A DNA stretch of 64,000 bases from Hydrotalea sp. Lineage in GTDB: Bacteria > Pseudomonadota > Alphaproteobacteria > JASGCL01. Below, in pieces: positions 1 through 10,066 of the stretch. The notes beneath the pieces were generated by a model. It had not been told where the DNA came from and did not search any database. It saw only the letters and a list, made by a program, of their open reading frames with translations. The DNA lies in NCBI GenBank assembly GCA_030054115.1, contig JASGCL010000002.1:23374-87373 (forward strand), read 5' to 3'. The position numbers and the translations under genes were made by a program. Each line of letters starts with the position of its first letter. Position 1 is the first letter of the stretch.

Positions 1-374
1 TAAAAACTATCTTTAAAAATCAAACGCTTAAATTATGCATCGCGATTTTTTTATTAATGGCTTATCCATTGTTTTTTTGGTCACCAGTAACGTATAATAA
101 TAATTTTATTTAATAATAATATTAATACTGTTATTTACGATATTGATTGATTGTGAAAAAGGCAAAAAACTTTAAATTTGACAAAATGGGCTTTTTTCTC
201 TAGAATTCGATTAATGGGTTTTTCTACCAATCGTTATCGATTGTGATATAAGCCCATCAGAACCACTAATTTGGTTAATATAATCCATATAAATTCTTAG
301 GGTTATATTATGAAAATCATTATGAGGTGCTAAAAAACAAGTATAAAAAATAAATTCTGAGAACATAAGCGAAG

Positions 375-1781
375 GTGGGTATAAAGATGACTAAAAAATG
401 GTTAGATAATGATGACACAGGTCAAGGCGACATAAACAATCAACAACATATTTCTGGCGGCATGGTGGACACCGGTGCCGGCGCAACCAACCCTGAGGTT
501 TTACGCGAATTTGAATCCTATTTAATTAATAAGACCGAACCGAAAGCATTTTTTAAAACCAACCAAGACCGTTGGGGTTTGCCTGGTTGGACCTATCATA
601 ACAAGGATTTAACCGAGTTAGAAATTAAAAAAGTTTTTCGCACCCATTGGCAAATTGTTTGCCATGTTAGCAACATTCCAAAACCGGGCGATTTTATTAC
701 CGATGAATTATTGGGCGACCGGGTGCTGGTGGTGCGCGGCAACGATAATGAAGTGCGGGTGTTTTATAATGTTTGTCGCCATCGCGGGTCAAACCTGGTG
801 GAGCGCGACCATGGTAATTGCGGCCGAATTTTAACCTGCCCATTTCATGGCTGGACCTATCACCTTGATGGCTCGCTGATGGGCGTGGCGCAAACCGGCG
901 CCTATGACCAAATCGATAAAAAGAAATTTGGCCTGAAGCAGGTTGAGATGGAAATCTGGAAAGGGTTTATTTTCATCCGCTTTGAAAAGGGGCCGCAACC
1001 ATCGCTGGCTGAAATTTTTGCCCCCTATGAAAAATTGTTCGAGGTTTATCAGCTTGATAGCGTGGTGCCGGTGCCCAGTGCCAGTGGTAAGGGCGATATG
1101 CTCGGCAATGAAACCTTAAACGCCAATTGGAAATCGGCGCGCGATGTCGATAACGAGGGTTACCACGTGGCCAAGGTTCATACGTTCTTACGCGATCTTT
1201 ATGGTAATCAATATTCGGAAGATGAATATAACCAACAAACCGGCGTGTCGTTGGCGCGTGGTATTTTTTTGAAAGACGAAGAACGCCAACCGCAATATTG
1301 GTCGGTGCGCGCCTATAAAAACGCGGTGAAACGCGCCAAGGCGATTCCGGAAAAAACCAAGGGCGTGTGGTTTTATGTCGGGTTATTTCCCAGCAATGTC
1401 ATTCAACTTTACCCCGAGGGTGTAAGTTTTTACCAAGACATTCCGGTGCGTGCCGATTTTTGCAAGCAACGTTATGGTTATTACAAGGCGTCGAACGTTG
1501 ACGCCGAGTCAAAAAAATATGTTGATTTGGCGGCCAAGGTTGGGCGGCGGATTGATAAAGTTACTTACGAGGAAGACCGCATGTTGTCGATTTGGTCTTA
1601 CGAGGGGCAAAAGTCGGTTTCTTTCCCTGGCGCTTATCTTTCCAATTTTGAATCAAACGTCAAGGCGCATCAATTAATTATGCAACGCCATTTGCCGGTG
1701 ATGACAATGGTCAAGGAGCCAAAAAACCAAGATATCGAAGAATTGAATAACCAGCTATTGGCGCGGTTGCAAAATCGTTAG
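375..1781 (+). CDS. Rieske [2Fe-2S] non-heme iron oxygenase alpha subunit (ring-hydroxylating / quaternary-amine monooxygenase-like)
   Basis: GTG start. Rieske motif C-x-H...C-x-x-H in 'CRHRGSNLVERDHGNCGRILTCPFHGW'. 468 aa. GC-rich coding. Confidence 0.8.
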   Translation: MGIKMTKKWLDNDDTGQGDINNQQHISGGMVDTGAGATNPEVLREFESYLINKTEPKAFFKTNQDRWGLPGWTYHNKDLTELEIKKVFRTHWQIVCHVSNIPKPGDFITDELLGDRVLVVRGNDNEVRVFYNVCRHRGSNLVERDHGNCGRILTCPFHGWTYHLDGSLMGVAQTGAYDQIDKKKFGLKQVEMEIWKGFIFIRFEKGPQPSLAEIFAPYEKLFEVYQLDSVVPVPSASGKGDMLGNETLNANWKSARDVDNEGYHVAKVHTFLRDLYGNQYSEDEYNQQTGVSLARGIFLKDEERQPQYWSVRAYKNAVKRAKAIPEKTKGVWFYVGLFPSNVIQLYPEGVSFYQDIPVRADFCKQRYGYYKASNVDAESKKYVDLAAKVGRRIDKVTYEEDRMLSIWSYEGQKSVSFPGAYLSNFESNVKAHQLIMQRHLPVMTMVKEPKNQDIEELNNQLLARLQNR

Positions 1782-1946
1782 CATTGATAATTGCCGCGTT
1801 TTTTTTAGCTTCCCATATTTTTTGAGTTTACATGGCGGGTGATGGAATGGGCGATGGAGCGGCTTGGCATTATTTGTCGCAAAACAAATGGTGGCTTGCT
1901 AGCGGTTGCAATTTCTAGCGGGCTTTGGTAAATCCGCGGGGCAGTG

Positions 1947-1995
1947 GCGGACAAGGCGGGACAAGGCGGGACAATAATGATGGGACAATAAAATT
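1947..1995. repeat. Direct repeats of GGCGG(G)ACAA / GGGACAATAA (4 copies) upstream of the dehydrogenase gene; possible operator
   Basis: Sequence ggcggacaaggcgggacaaggcgggacaataatgatgggacaataaaa read directly. Confidence 0.5.
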
Positions 1996-2034
1996 GACGG
2001 GCGGCACGGCCTAAAAATCCTGGGAGGGAAAACA

Positions 2035-3528
2035 ATGCGTCAAGTTAAAACATTGGGGCTCATCGGCGGTGGTGTTATCGGTGGTGCCTGGGGCGCGCGC
2101 GCCATTATCCACGGTTTGGACGTGGTGTTGTTCGACCCCGCGCCGAATGCTGAAAAATCATTCATGGCGATTTTGAACAATGCGCGTTTTGCCTGGCAAC
2201 AGATGACGATGAGTCCATTGCCCAAGGAAGGTTCTTTCAAATTGGTGTCGTCGTTGCAAGAATTGGCGAAGGTCGCCGATTGGGTGCAGGAATCGGCCCC
2301 GGAAAACCCCGAATTAAAAACCAAAATCATGGCCGAATTGACGGAAAGCCTGCCGGCCGATGTTGGCATTGGGTCGTCGACATCGGGCATTTTGCCGTCG
2401 ATTTTTCAGGCCAAGGCCAAACACCCCGAACGTATTTTTGTCGCCCACCCGTTTAATCCGGTTTATTTGTTGCCGTTGCTTGAAATTTGCCCGGGGGGCA
2501 AAACATCGAAAGAATGGTTGCAACGCGCCAAGGAATTTTATGAAACATTGGGTTTTCAACCGCTGATGATGGACCGCGAGGTTGAGGGCTTCATCGCCGA
2601 CCGCTTGATGGAAACCCTGTGGCGCGAGGCATTGCACATGATAGAAAATAACGAAGCCACCGCCGAACAATTGGACGATGCGGTGCGGTTCGGTTGCGGT
2701 ATCCGCTGGGCCTTCATGGGGACATTCATGACCTATCGCCTGGCCGGTGGCGAAATGGGCATGCACCATTTTATGAAACAATTTGGCCCGGCGTTGGAAT
2801 GGAATTGGACAAGGTTAAAGGCACCGCCATTAACCGATGAATTGTTGAATAAAATTGTCGCGCAATCAGACGGCCAGATGGAAAATTCGACCGATTGGAA
2901 ATCAAAAAACCTGCGCGATATGGAACGGCAAAGGGATGAGGCGATTATCGGTATCATGCAATCGCTCCGCACGCTCGACATGGCGGCCGGCAAAACATTA
3001 AAAAAACATGAGGACCGGCTTTACGCCCTGGCGCATCGCCAAGAAACAAAAATCGACGACAGCAAACCCTTGCCATTATTTGCCAACATGGTTTTGCCAA
3101 AATGGGTCGATTACAACGAACATATGACGGAATTTGCCTATTTGGAAAATTTTGGCAATGCGACCGACGCGGTTCTGCGCCATATCGGCATGGACGCCGC
3201 CTACATCGCCTCGGGCTTTAGCTTCTTCACCGTCGAATCGCATATTTGCCACATTGGCCAGATGCGGGTGGGCGAGCGATTCCAAATTGTCAGCCAAGTA
3301 TTGGGCGGCGGCGATAAAAAATTGCGCCTGTTCCACCATATGTATAAAATGGACGGCGACAAATTGGGCGCGGTGGTGGCGACGGCCGAACATTTCTGCC
3401 TGCATGTTGACCACAAAACTGAAAAATCTTGCGCGGCGCACGAACCGGTGTTGTCGAAACTGCAAAAATTAATTGCGGCGCAAAGCAACCTGGCCATGCC
3501 CGAACGGGCGGGGCGCAAAATCGGTTAG
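2035..3528 (+). CDS. 3-hydroxyacyl-CoA dehydrogenase family protein with extra C-terminal domain (L-carnitine dehydrogenase-like)
   Basis: N-terminal Rossmann motif 'GLIGGGVIGGAWGA'. 497-aa architecture (HADH domain plus ~170-aa C-terminal extension) as in rhizobial L-carnitine dehydrogenases. Confidence 0.7.
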   Translation: MRQVKTLGLIGGGVIGGAWGARAIIHGLDVVLFDPAPNAEKSFMAILNNARFAWQQMTMSPLPKEGSFKLVSSLQELAKVADWVQESAPENPELKTKIMAELTESLPADVGIGSSTSGILPSIFQAKAKHPERIFVAHPFNPVYLLPLLEICPGGKTSKEWLQRAKEFYETLGFQPLMMDREVEGFIADRLMETLWREALHMIENNEATAEQLDDAVRFGCGIRWAFMGTFMTYRLAGGEMGMHHFMKQFGPALEWNWTRLKAPPLTDELLNKIVAQSDGQMENSTDWKSKNLRDMERQRDEAIIGIMQSLRTLDMAAGKTLKKHEDRLYALAHRQETKIDDSKPLPLFANMVLPKWVDYNEHMTEFAYLENFGNATDAVLRHIGMDAAYIASGFSFFTVESHICHIGQMRVGERFQIVSQVLGGGDKKLRLFHHMYKMDGDKLGAVVATAEHFCLHVDHKTEKSCAAHEPVLSKLQKLIAAQSNLAMPERAGRKIG

Positions 3529-3556
3529 GTATTTTTTTTAAAGAAAGGTTATCACC

Positions 3557-4726
3557 ATGGATTTCACATTAAGCCAAGAACAAGAAATGATCGTAAATAC
3601 GGTCAGAACATTTGTTGAAAAAGAATTCTACCCGTTGGAGGATGAGGTCGAACGCACCGACCGCGTGCCCGCCGAATTGGGCAAGGCAATACAAAAAAAA
3701 GTTAAGGACTTGGGGTTTTACGCCGCCAACATCCCCACCGAATTTGGCGGCGGCGGGTTGAACCATTTGGAATTTACATTGTTGGAACGGGAATTGGGCC
3801 GCGCCAATTACGGCCTGGCGACCTATTTCGGTCGGCCATCGGCGATTTTATGCGCCGGCACGCCCGACCAGCAAAAGGATTATTTGGCGCCATGCGTCGC
3901 CGGTGAAAAAATGGATTGCCTGGCCATGACCGAACCCGACGCTGGTTCCGACGTGCGCGGCATGAAAACATTTGCCAAGCGCGACGGCGATGATTTTGTT
4001 ATCAGCGGCACCAAGCATTTTATCAGCCACGCCGACATTGCCGATTTTGTTATTTTGTTTGCCGCCACCGGCGAGGAACAAACCAAAAAGGGCACGAAAA
4101 AAATCATCACCTGTTTTTTGGTGGATAAAGGCACGAAGGGATTCGAATGCCTGCCCGGTTACAAATCGGTGTCGCACCGCGGTTACCACAACAGCATTTT
4201 AAAATTCGACAATTGCCGCATCAACCAGCGGCAAATTTTGGGCGGGGTGGAGCGCGAGGGCATGGGGTTTGACACCATGAACAAATGGTTATACGCAACC
4301 CGCTTGACCGTCGCCACCATGGCGGTGGGCCGGGCGCGCCGCGCGTTTGACCTGGCGTTAAATTGGGCGGCGACCCGCAAACAATTTGGCCAAGAAATCG
4401 GCAAGTTCCAAGGTGTCAGTTTCAAATTGGCCGAAATGATAACCGAAATCGATTGCGCCGATTGGTTGACCCTGTCGGCGGCCGACCGGTTGGACAAGGG
4501 GATGGACGCGAATCGCGAGGTTGCATCGGCCAAATATTACGCCACCGAAATGTTAACCCGCGTCGCCGACCAGGCGATTCAAATTTACGGCGGCATGGGG
4601 TTGATGAACGAAATTCCGCTGGAACGAATTTGGCGCGACAGCCGCGTTGAACGTATTTGGGACGGCACCACCGAAATTCAAAAACACATCATCAGCCGCG
4701 AACTGCTAAGGCCATTGGGGGCATAG
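3557..4726 (+). CDS. Acyl-CoA dehydrogenase
   Basis: 389 aa. Typical ACAD N/M/C domain signature ('...IYGGMGLMNEIPLERIWRDSRVERIWDGTTEIQ...'). Confidence 0.85.
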   Translation: MDFTLSQEQEMIVNTVRTFVEKEFYPLEDEVERTDRVPAELGKAIQKKVKDLGFYAANIPTEFGGGGLNHLEFTLLERELGRANYGLATYFGRPSAILCAGTPDQQKDYLAPCVAGEKMDCLAMTEPDAGSDVRGMKTFAKRDGDDFVISGTKHFISHADIADFVILFAATGEEQTKKGTKKIITCFLVDKGTKGFECLPGYKSVSHRGYHNSILKFDNCRINQRQILGGVEREGMGFDTMNKWLYATRLTVATMAVGRARRAFDLALNWAATRKQFGQEIGKFQGVSFKLAEMITEIDCADWLTLSAADRLDKGMDANREVASAKYYATEMLTRVADQAIQIYGGMGLMNEIPLERIWRDSRVERIWDGTTEIQKHIISRELLRPLGA

Positions 4727-4777
4727 CAGGGCGCGCCCTGCACCGGGCTTTTCCGCTTTGTGATTATGAGGTTGCGG

Positions 4778-5977
4778 TTAGATTATTGATACTTTGATAA
4801 GATGGCTCCATGATTCGTGGATATTAAACTTATGCGTCGTCGTTTTTGTTTGCATATCCATATGTAATGTTTCTAGCCTCTCTGATAAAGTATTTATAGG
4901 GAGAAGCCTTTTGAGTATTTCGTGGCAAGTTATTCTTATATCTTCTTTGAGTATAATTGAGAATCTTACCTCATCTTCAGATGCATATTTTTTATGTTTA
5001 ATAAATGAAGGCATTAATAAGAAAAACAACGATGCACGAAAATTATTAGCATATTTTGATTTAAGAATTTCATCAGGAAGCAATTTATCGGTAGGCAATC
5101 CCAAGGGTTTTTTTATAGGCCCAATTATTTCATTTTGCGTCTTATTAATATCATCAAGCGGAACAGATGATAAATTATATTTCACATATTTAAAAAAATA
5201 ATCTTTAATTATTGATATATATTCATCAATAGTTTCATAATATTTTATTTTTTTTATCCAAATATGAAAATCATTATTTAGATTTGCAATTATTAACCCG
5301 TCTTCTATATTTGCATCATCAGTTAATGATAATTCGGCTTCTTGAATAATGTATTTTGTTTTATCTATTTCTTTAATTTTTTCTTTCCAGGCGTCGCCAT
5401 TGTCATGATATGATGACACATATAATTTTTCTAGAAGAATTTGAAATATTTTTAGATTGATAGACAACTCATAATCAATATGGTCTCTATTGGCTGATAG
5501 AAATTTAAAAATATTTTTATAAAATTGTTTTTCAATATTTATTTTATATTCCAGATATTTTTTTGTTAATTTAGCCTCAAAGCTTTTATTAAGCTCATAA
5601 ATCATCTCTTCCTCAGTCGCAAACCTTGGTATTATTTTATTATTTTCATTATCATAATCATAAAAAAATAATACAGCTATAAACGCTTCGTGACAGTTCT
5701 TGTCTATAATTTCTTTTGTTACGACCTTATTTTCTGCTGCTGGCATGTAAAAATCTGTAAAAAACATATATCCAAAATAAATATCTTGAAAAATTTTGAT
5801 TTGCCTATTGTATTCGTTGCCATCAACATCGCCATGTTTTGCATTGGGGTCATTCATTTCTCGATGTTGGCGCAAGTTACGCGCAAAAATATCGTATGAT
5901 TTTTCCCCTTCTTTTAATTTGGGTATAATTCTGTAGAGTGTTTTTTTCATAACCCAAGCTAACCATGATTCCACCAT
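4778..5977 (-). CDS. Hypothetical protein, low-GC orphan (no recognisable domain)
   Basis: Long ORF in a sharply AT-rich block. Start trimmed to the internal ATG (M64 of the track ORF) because the 5' part overlaps the GC-rich start of the downstream gene. Lys/Ile/Asn/Tyr-rich composition. Confidence 0.5.
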   Translation of the reverse strand: MVESWLAWVMKKTLYRIIPKLKEGEKSYDIFARNLRQHREMNDPNAKHGDVDGNEYNRQIKIFQDIYFGYMFFTDFYMPAAENKVVTKEIIDKNCHEAFIAVLFFYDYDNENNKIIPRFATEEEMIYELNKSFEAKLTKKYLEYKINIEKQFYKNIFKFLSANRDHIDYELSINLKIFQILLEKLYVSSYHDNGDAWKEKIKEIDKTKYIIQEAELSLTDDANIEDGLIIANLNNDFHIWIKKIKYYETIDEYISIIKDYFFKYVKYNLSSVPLDDINKTQNEIIGPIKKPLGLPTDKLLPDEILKSKYANNFRASLFFLLMPSFIKHKKYASEDEVRFSIILKEDIRITCHEILKRLLPINTLSERLETLHMDMQTKTTTHKFNIHESWSHLIKVSII

Positions 5978-6071
5978 GCCGTGCAACTGGTTTTTGTAAA
6001 TCAAAAACCAGTTGAAAAAATGGGTCGGCTGTTTTATGGCTGGGGTGCATAAAAAAATACATAAAGCCAAA

Positions 6072-8234
6072 ATGGAAAAAGCCAAAAAAGAAAAATTTTC
6101 AACCGCGCGGTTGCAACGGCTGTTCGCGCCGAAATCGATTGTCGTTATCGGTGGCACCTGGGGCACCCGCGTGATTGAGGAATGTAAAAATTCCGGTTAC
6201 GCCGGAAAAATCTACGCCATTCACGACCAGCGCGATGAAATGGCCGGCGTCAAATGTTACCGGTCGGTCGCCGATTTGCCCGAACCGCCAGACGCCTGTT
6301 ACATCGCCATCAAGCATGAAAAAACAATCGAGATTATAAAACAACTAAACGATATTGGCGCGGGCGGCGCGGTGGTGTTCGCCGCCGGCTTCGCCGAAAT
6401 TGGGCCAGAGGGCGTCCTGCGCCAACAACGCCTCATCGCCGCTTGCCAAAATGAAAAATTGGGCGCCATGCCATTCGTCGGGCCAAATTGTTACGGCATC
6501 ATCAACATGAATTTGGGGTCGGTGATGTGGCCCGATTTCCAAGGCCTGACCCGCCTGGCCGACAACCAACGCGGCGCGGCATTGATAACGCAAAGCGGTA
6601 ACATCGGCATCAACCTGACCATGCAACGGCGCGGCTTGCCCATTTCATATATGATGACCATGGGCAACCAGGCGATGGTGACAATCCCCGATGTGATGCG
6701 CGTCATGGCCGACGACAAAAATGTGTCAGCGATTGGTTTGCATATCGAGGGGTTTGGCGACGTGCAGGATTTTATCGACGCGGTGCGTTATTGCCACGAA
6801 CGCGGCAAATCGGTCGCGGTGTTGAAAACCGGCCTTTCCAATTTGGGCGCGGCCCTTACCATGTCGCACACCGCGTCGTTGGCCGGTGGCGGCGGCGCGG
6901 CGGCGGCGTTTTTGCAAAAAATTGGCGTGCCGCAATTGTTCGACGTGCCCGAATTTTTGGAAATGCTAAAATTGCAAATGGCCTTTGGCTTGAAAAAATT
7001 GCCACGCCATAAAACCACGCATCACGGCAACCACCATGGCAAAAACGACATTCGCGTGATTTCTTTTTCTTGTTCGGGGGGCGAGGCAACCTTAATCGCC
7101 GACATCGCCGATACCCTTAACCGCACCGCCGCAACCCACGACATTGCATTCCCCCCCATGCCCGACAAGGTGAAAAAAAACCTGGACGAATTGCACGCCG
7201 GCCAGGTCGCCCTGAACAACCCGTTCGATTATCAAACCTATATCTGGGGGAATAAGGAAGGGTTGAAAAAAAATTTCGCCATGGCGTTGGAAACCGATGT
7301 TGATTACGGCATTTTGATTCTCGACACGCCCAACCGCGCCGGCATGGACGCGTGGGGGTGGCGCGACACGCAAGATGGTTTTGTCGCCGGCGTTGCCGCC
7401 CACAATCGGCGTGGCATTGTGCTGGCCAGCCTGGTCGAATGTTTGCCGGCCGAAAATGCTTGCCACGAATTATTGGCGCAGGGCATTGCCCCCTTGGCCG
7501 GGATTGAAACCTGCCTGAAACTTTTGCCATTGTTGGAATTGACGCCCGATTATTACCAACCGATTGGTTTGGCAAATGGTTTGGCGAGCGATGGCACGGG
7601 CGATAAAAAAGAAAAAATGTTGGATACGCCATCGGCGCGCGCCTTGCTTGGTGGGTTTGGGTTGAATTTCCCAAAAAGCCAGATGGTCGATGCCAAAAAT
7701 TTTGCCGCCGTGGTGAAGGATTTTAAAAAACCATTGGTGTTAAAGGCCGAGGGTATTGCCCACAAGACCGAGGCCGGGGCGGTGCGCTTAAACCTGACCG
7801 ACGACGCGGCGATTGCCAAATCGGCGCAGGAATTATTTGCCATCGCCGATAACATAACCATCGAGGAAATGATGGTCGATAAAAAATTGGAATTGATTTT
7901 GGGCGTCAACAACGACGCGGTGGTGGGCATGGCGTTGATTATTGGCGAGGGCGGCATTTTAACCGAACTGCGCGCCGACCGGATTTTAATCCCCCTGCCG
8001 ACCAGTGCGGGTGAAATTGAAACCGCGCTCCAGCGGTTAAAAATTTACCCACTGATGGCCGGGTTTCGCGGCCAAAAACCATTGGCGATAAAATCGGTGG
8101 TGGCGGCCGCCATGGCAATAAATAATTTTGCCGTCAAGCACCAACATGAATTGGTAACGCTCGACATCAACCCATTATTGCTGTCAGAAAATGGCGCGGT
8201 CGCGGTCGACCAATTGGTGGTGTTAAAAGGCTAA
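6072..8234 (+). CDS. Acyl-CoA synthetase (NDP-forming), CoA-binding plus ATP-grasp domains
   Basis: CoA-binding motif 'SIVVIGGTWGTRVIEE'. Succinyl-CoA-synthetase-like alpha domain followed by an ATP-grasp domain. ~720 aa. Confidence 0.8.
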   Translation: MEKAKKEKFSTARLQRLFAPKSIVVIGGTWGTRVIEECKNSGYAGKIYAIHDQRDEMAGVKCYRSVADLPEPPDACYIAIKHEKTIEIIKQLNDIGAGGAVVFAAGFAEIGPEGVLRQQRLIAACQNEKLGAMPFVGPNCYGIINMNLGSVMWPDFQGLTRLADNQRGAALITQSGNIGINLTMQRRGLPISYMMTMGNQAMVTIPDVMRVMADDKNVSAIGLHIEGFGDVQDFIDAVRYCHERGKSVAVLKTGLSNLGAALTMSHTASLAGGGGAAAAFLQKIGVPQLFDVPEFLEMLKLQMAFGLKKLPRHKTTHHGNHHGKNDIRVISFSCSGGEATLIADIADTLNRTAATHDIAFPPMPDKVKKNLDELHAGQVALNNPFDYQTYIWGNKEGLKKNFAMALETDVDYGILILDTPNRAGMDAWGWRDTQDGFVAGVAAHNRRGIVLASLVECLPAENACHELLAQGIAPLAGIETCLKLLPLLELTPDYYQPIGLANGLASDGTGDKKEKMLDTPSARALLGGFGLNFPKSQMVDAKNFAAVVKDFKKPLVLKAEGIAHKTEAGAVRLNLTDDAAIAKSAQELFAIADNITIEEMMVDKKLELILGVNNDAVVGMALIIGEGGILTELRADRILIPLPTSAGEIETALQRLKIYPLMAGFRGQKPLAIKSVVAAAMAINNFAVKHQHELVTLDINPLLLSENGAVAVDQLVVLKG

Positions 8235-9058
8235 GAAATTTTCTTTAAGAATTCATTATTTTTTCGCAAGAATATTTTTTGCGAACTCCCATAAAATAAT
8301 ATCTTTCCAGCAAGGATTTCCCCCGAATTATTTATTGATTGCTTTAATAATAACAACGTTTTCTTTTTATAAAGCCAAAACTTTATTTCTTTAAAATGTA
8401 TTCTTGAGTCATTTCTCATTTCTATCTCGCCCAAGGTGCTTTTTTTATTATCTGTTATTGTTTTAAAAATAACCTTTTGTTCATGGAATTGACCTGGTTT
8501 TAGCTTTTGATTGTTATTAGAAGGATTAGAGTTTTCAACTATAATATTTTTTGTGAGAGTTTCTAAAACATCGTCGCGTGGAAACATGTGAAAAACATTA
8601 TTATCTTTTATTGTGAGATAATTTATTTGCCGTCCTTCAAAAATTGATTTTTCTAGAAAGGATTTTAATCTATGCTTCTCTTGCAATTTTTCTTTTATGG
8701 AACGCATAATGGGTCTTAATTTTTCTTTGCTGATGAATTTATTTTTTTGATAATCTTCAAATGTGGCAGGAAAACTAGCGATAGCCGCCACCATTAATTG
8801 ACCTACACCATTCATGGTTTGAAATTGATTATCTGTTGCAAATCGCGTTTGACGATATAAAAAAATTTGCCATTTTTTTGCACCAGATTTAACCGAATGC
8901 CCATCGCCATTTTTATCAATCACATCTTTTTTATCTTGGGGATTATTTTGGTATTCGTCTTCTACACCTATTAACTGTGCAAATTCTTTAGCGTCGGCAT
9001 GCCCTTGCCGCTTAACGTGGCTAGCATGCGCCGAGGTCATTGCTCGCTTCTTTGCCAT
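8231..9058 (-). CDS. Hypothetical protein; candidate cognate restriction endonuclease of the adjacent Dam-family methyltransferase
   Basis: 275-aa ORF in a low-GC island immediately downstream of, and co-oriented with, the MTase gene (4-bp gap). No recognisable motif, so the REase call is by context only. Confidence 0.4.
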   Translation of the reverse strand: MAKKRAMTSAHASHVKRQGHADAKEFAQLIGVEDEYQNNPQDKKDVIDKNGDGHSVKSGAKKWQIFLYRQTRFATDNQFQTMNGVGQLMVAAIASFPATFEDYQKNKFISKEKLRPIMRSIKEKLQEKHRLKSFLEKSIFEGRQINYLTIKDNNVFHMFPRDDVLETLTKNIIVENSNPSNNNQKLKPGQFHEQKVIFKTITDNKKSTLGEIEMRNDSRIHFKEIKFWLYKKKTLLLLKQSINNSGEILAGKILFYGSSQKIFLRKNNEFLKKIS

Positions 9059-9061
9059 TGT

Positions 9062-10066
9062 TTATGAGGCTTCTTTTATAATTAACAATTCATGTGATTT
9101 TTTTACATGGCTTAACGTGCCGCTTTCTATTCTATTAAACCCAATGCGAGTTTCACCTTGGCCCATTGTATATTGCCACGCTACCTCTATTATTTTACAA
9201 CCGCTATATAAATTTCTTACCGCTGAACAATCATTATAAGACAAAAGAAAACCACCACGGTGTGCTAGTAATAATTTTGCTAATTGATTGTGGTCAAAAT
9301 TATTATGGTGAATTGGAAAATTTCTTTGCGGGTAAATACCGCGAAACATTTTACTATCACCCGTCAAATAGTAAGGTGGGTCAGCATAAATAAATTCATA
9401 TTTATGATAAGGTATCGTATCAATAAAATTACCAACTTCTACCGACAAATTGGGCACATGAAAATTTTCTAATTTATTTAATAATTTATAATATTTTTTT
9501 TTATCTTGATAAATTTTTGACATCCAACCCAAAAATCCAGGGCCATAAGATAAATTATGATTAAAATAATAATGCGTTGCCAATGATAGCGGCGATAAAT
9601 ATTTTTCTTTTTTCCAATGGGCGTTTAATTCTTTTTTTATTTCCACATATTTTTCAGGTGAGGGCGCCAATTGATATAATGTTTTAATTAAATCCTCTTT
9701 ATTATGAAGCAATTCTTGCCAAAAATTTATAAGAATATCAAAAGTATCATAGGCTTTTACTGGCAAGCCAAGCTCTTTTGCCAAAGCTACTTCTACCGAT
9801 CCACCGCCCAAGAAGGGAGACATAATAGATTTAATTGATGATGGTATGTTTTCAACGATAAGACCAACAGCAAGGCTTTTACCGCCAGCATAGCGAATCG
9901 GCGCGCCCAAATATCTTTTGTATTTATTTTTGCCGCCCTTGATTGATAAAAGAAATTCTTTTTTTCTTTCTTCTAATCCAATAAGATTATTTAGCTTATC
10001 AAATTTTTGACGAAAAAGGGGTGCGAAAGATTCTATTTTTTCAATATTTTCTCTAACCATAGTCAA
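9062..10066 (-). CDS. DNA adenine methyltransferase, Dam / D12 class (N6-adenine, alpha class)
   Basis: Dam N-terminal motifs 'RYAGGKS' and 'SPFLGGGSVEV', and catalytic motif IV 'IYADPPYY'. 334 aa. Low-GC. Confidence 0.85.
   Translation of the reverse strand: MTMVRENIEKIESFAPLFRQKFDKLNNLIGLEERKKEFLLSIKGGKNKYKRYLGAPIRYAGGKSLAVGLIVENIPSSIKSIMSPFLGGGSVEVALAKELGLPVKAYDTFDILINFWQELLHNKEDLIKTLYQLAPSPEKYVEIKKELNAHWKKEKYLSPLSLATHYYFNHNLSYGPGFLGWMSKIYQDKKKYYKLLNKLENFHVPNLSVEVGNFIDTIPYHKYEFIYADPPYYLTGDSKMFRGIYPQRNFPIHHNNFDHNQLAKLLLAHRGGFLLSYNDCSAVRNLYSGCKIIEVAWQYTMGQGETRIGFNRIESGTLSHVKKSHELLIIKEAS

Noticed and set aside
1-374. Possible mobile-element end or regulatory array in the very AT-rich first 374 bp
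   Set aside because: Only short imperfect repeats (ttgattgattgtg, atcgttatcgattg). No terminal inverted repeats or transposase. Treated as an ordinary AT-rich promoter region for the Rieske oxygenase gene.
2040-3518. Multiple minus-strand and alternative-frame track ORFs (2040..2390, 2314..2781, 2733..2993, 3076..3465, 3201..3518, 3134..3472) inside the carnitine-dehydrogenase-like gene
   Set aside because: They are entirely embedded antisense or out of frame in a well-supported GC-rich gene. High GC yields long spurious open frames. The translations are Arg/Cys/Pro-rich and non-protein-like.
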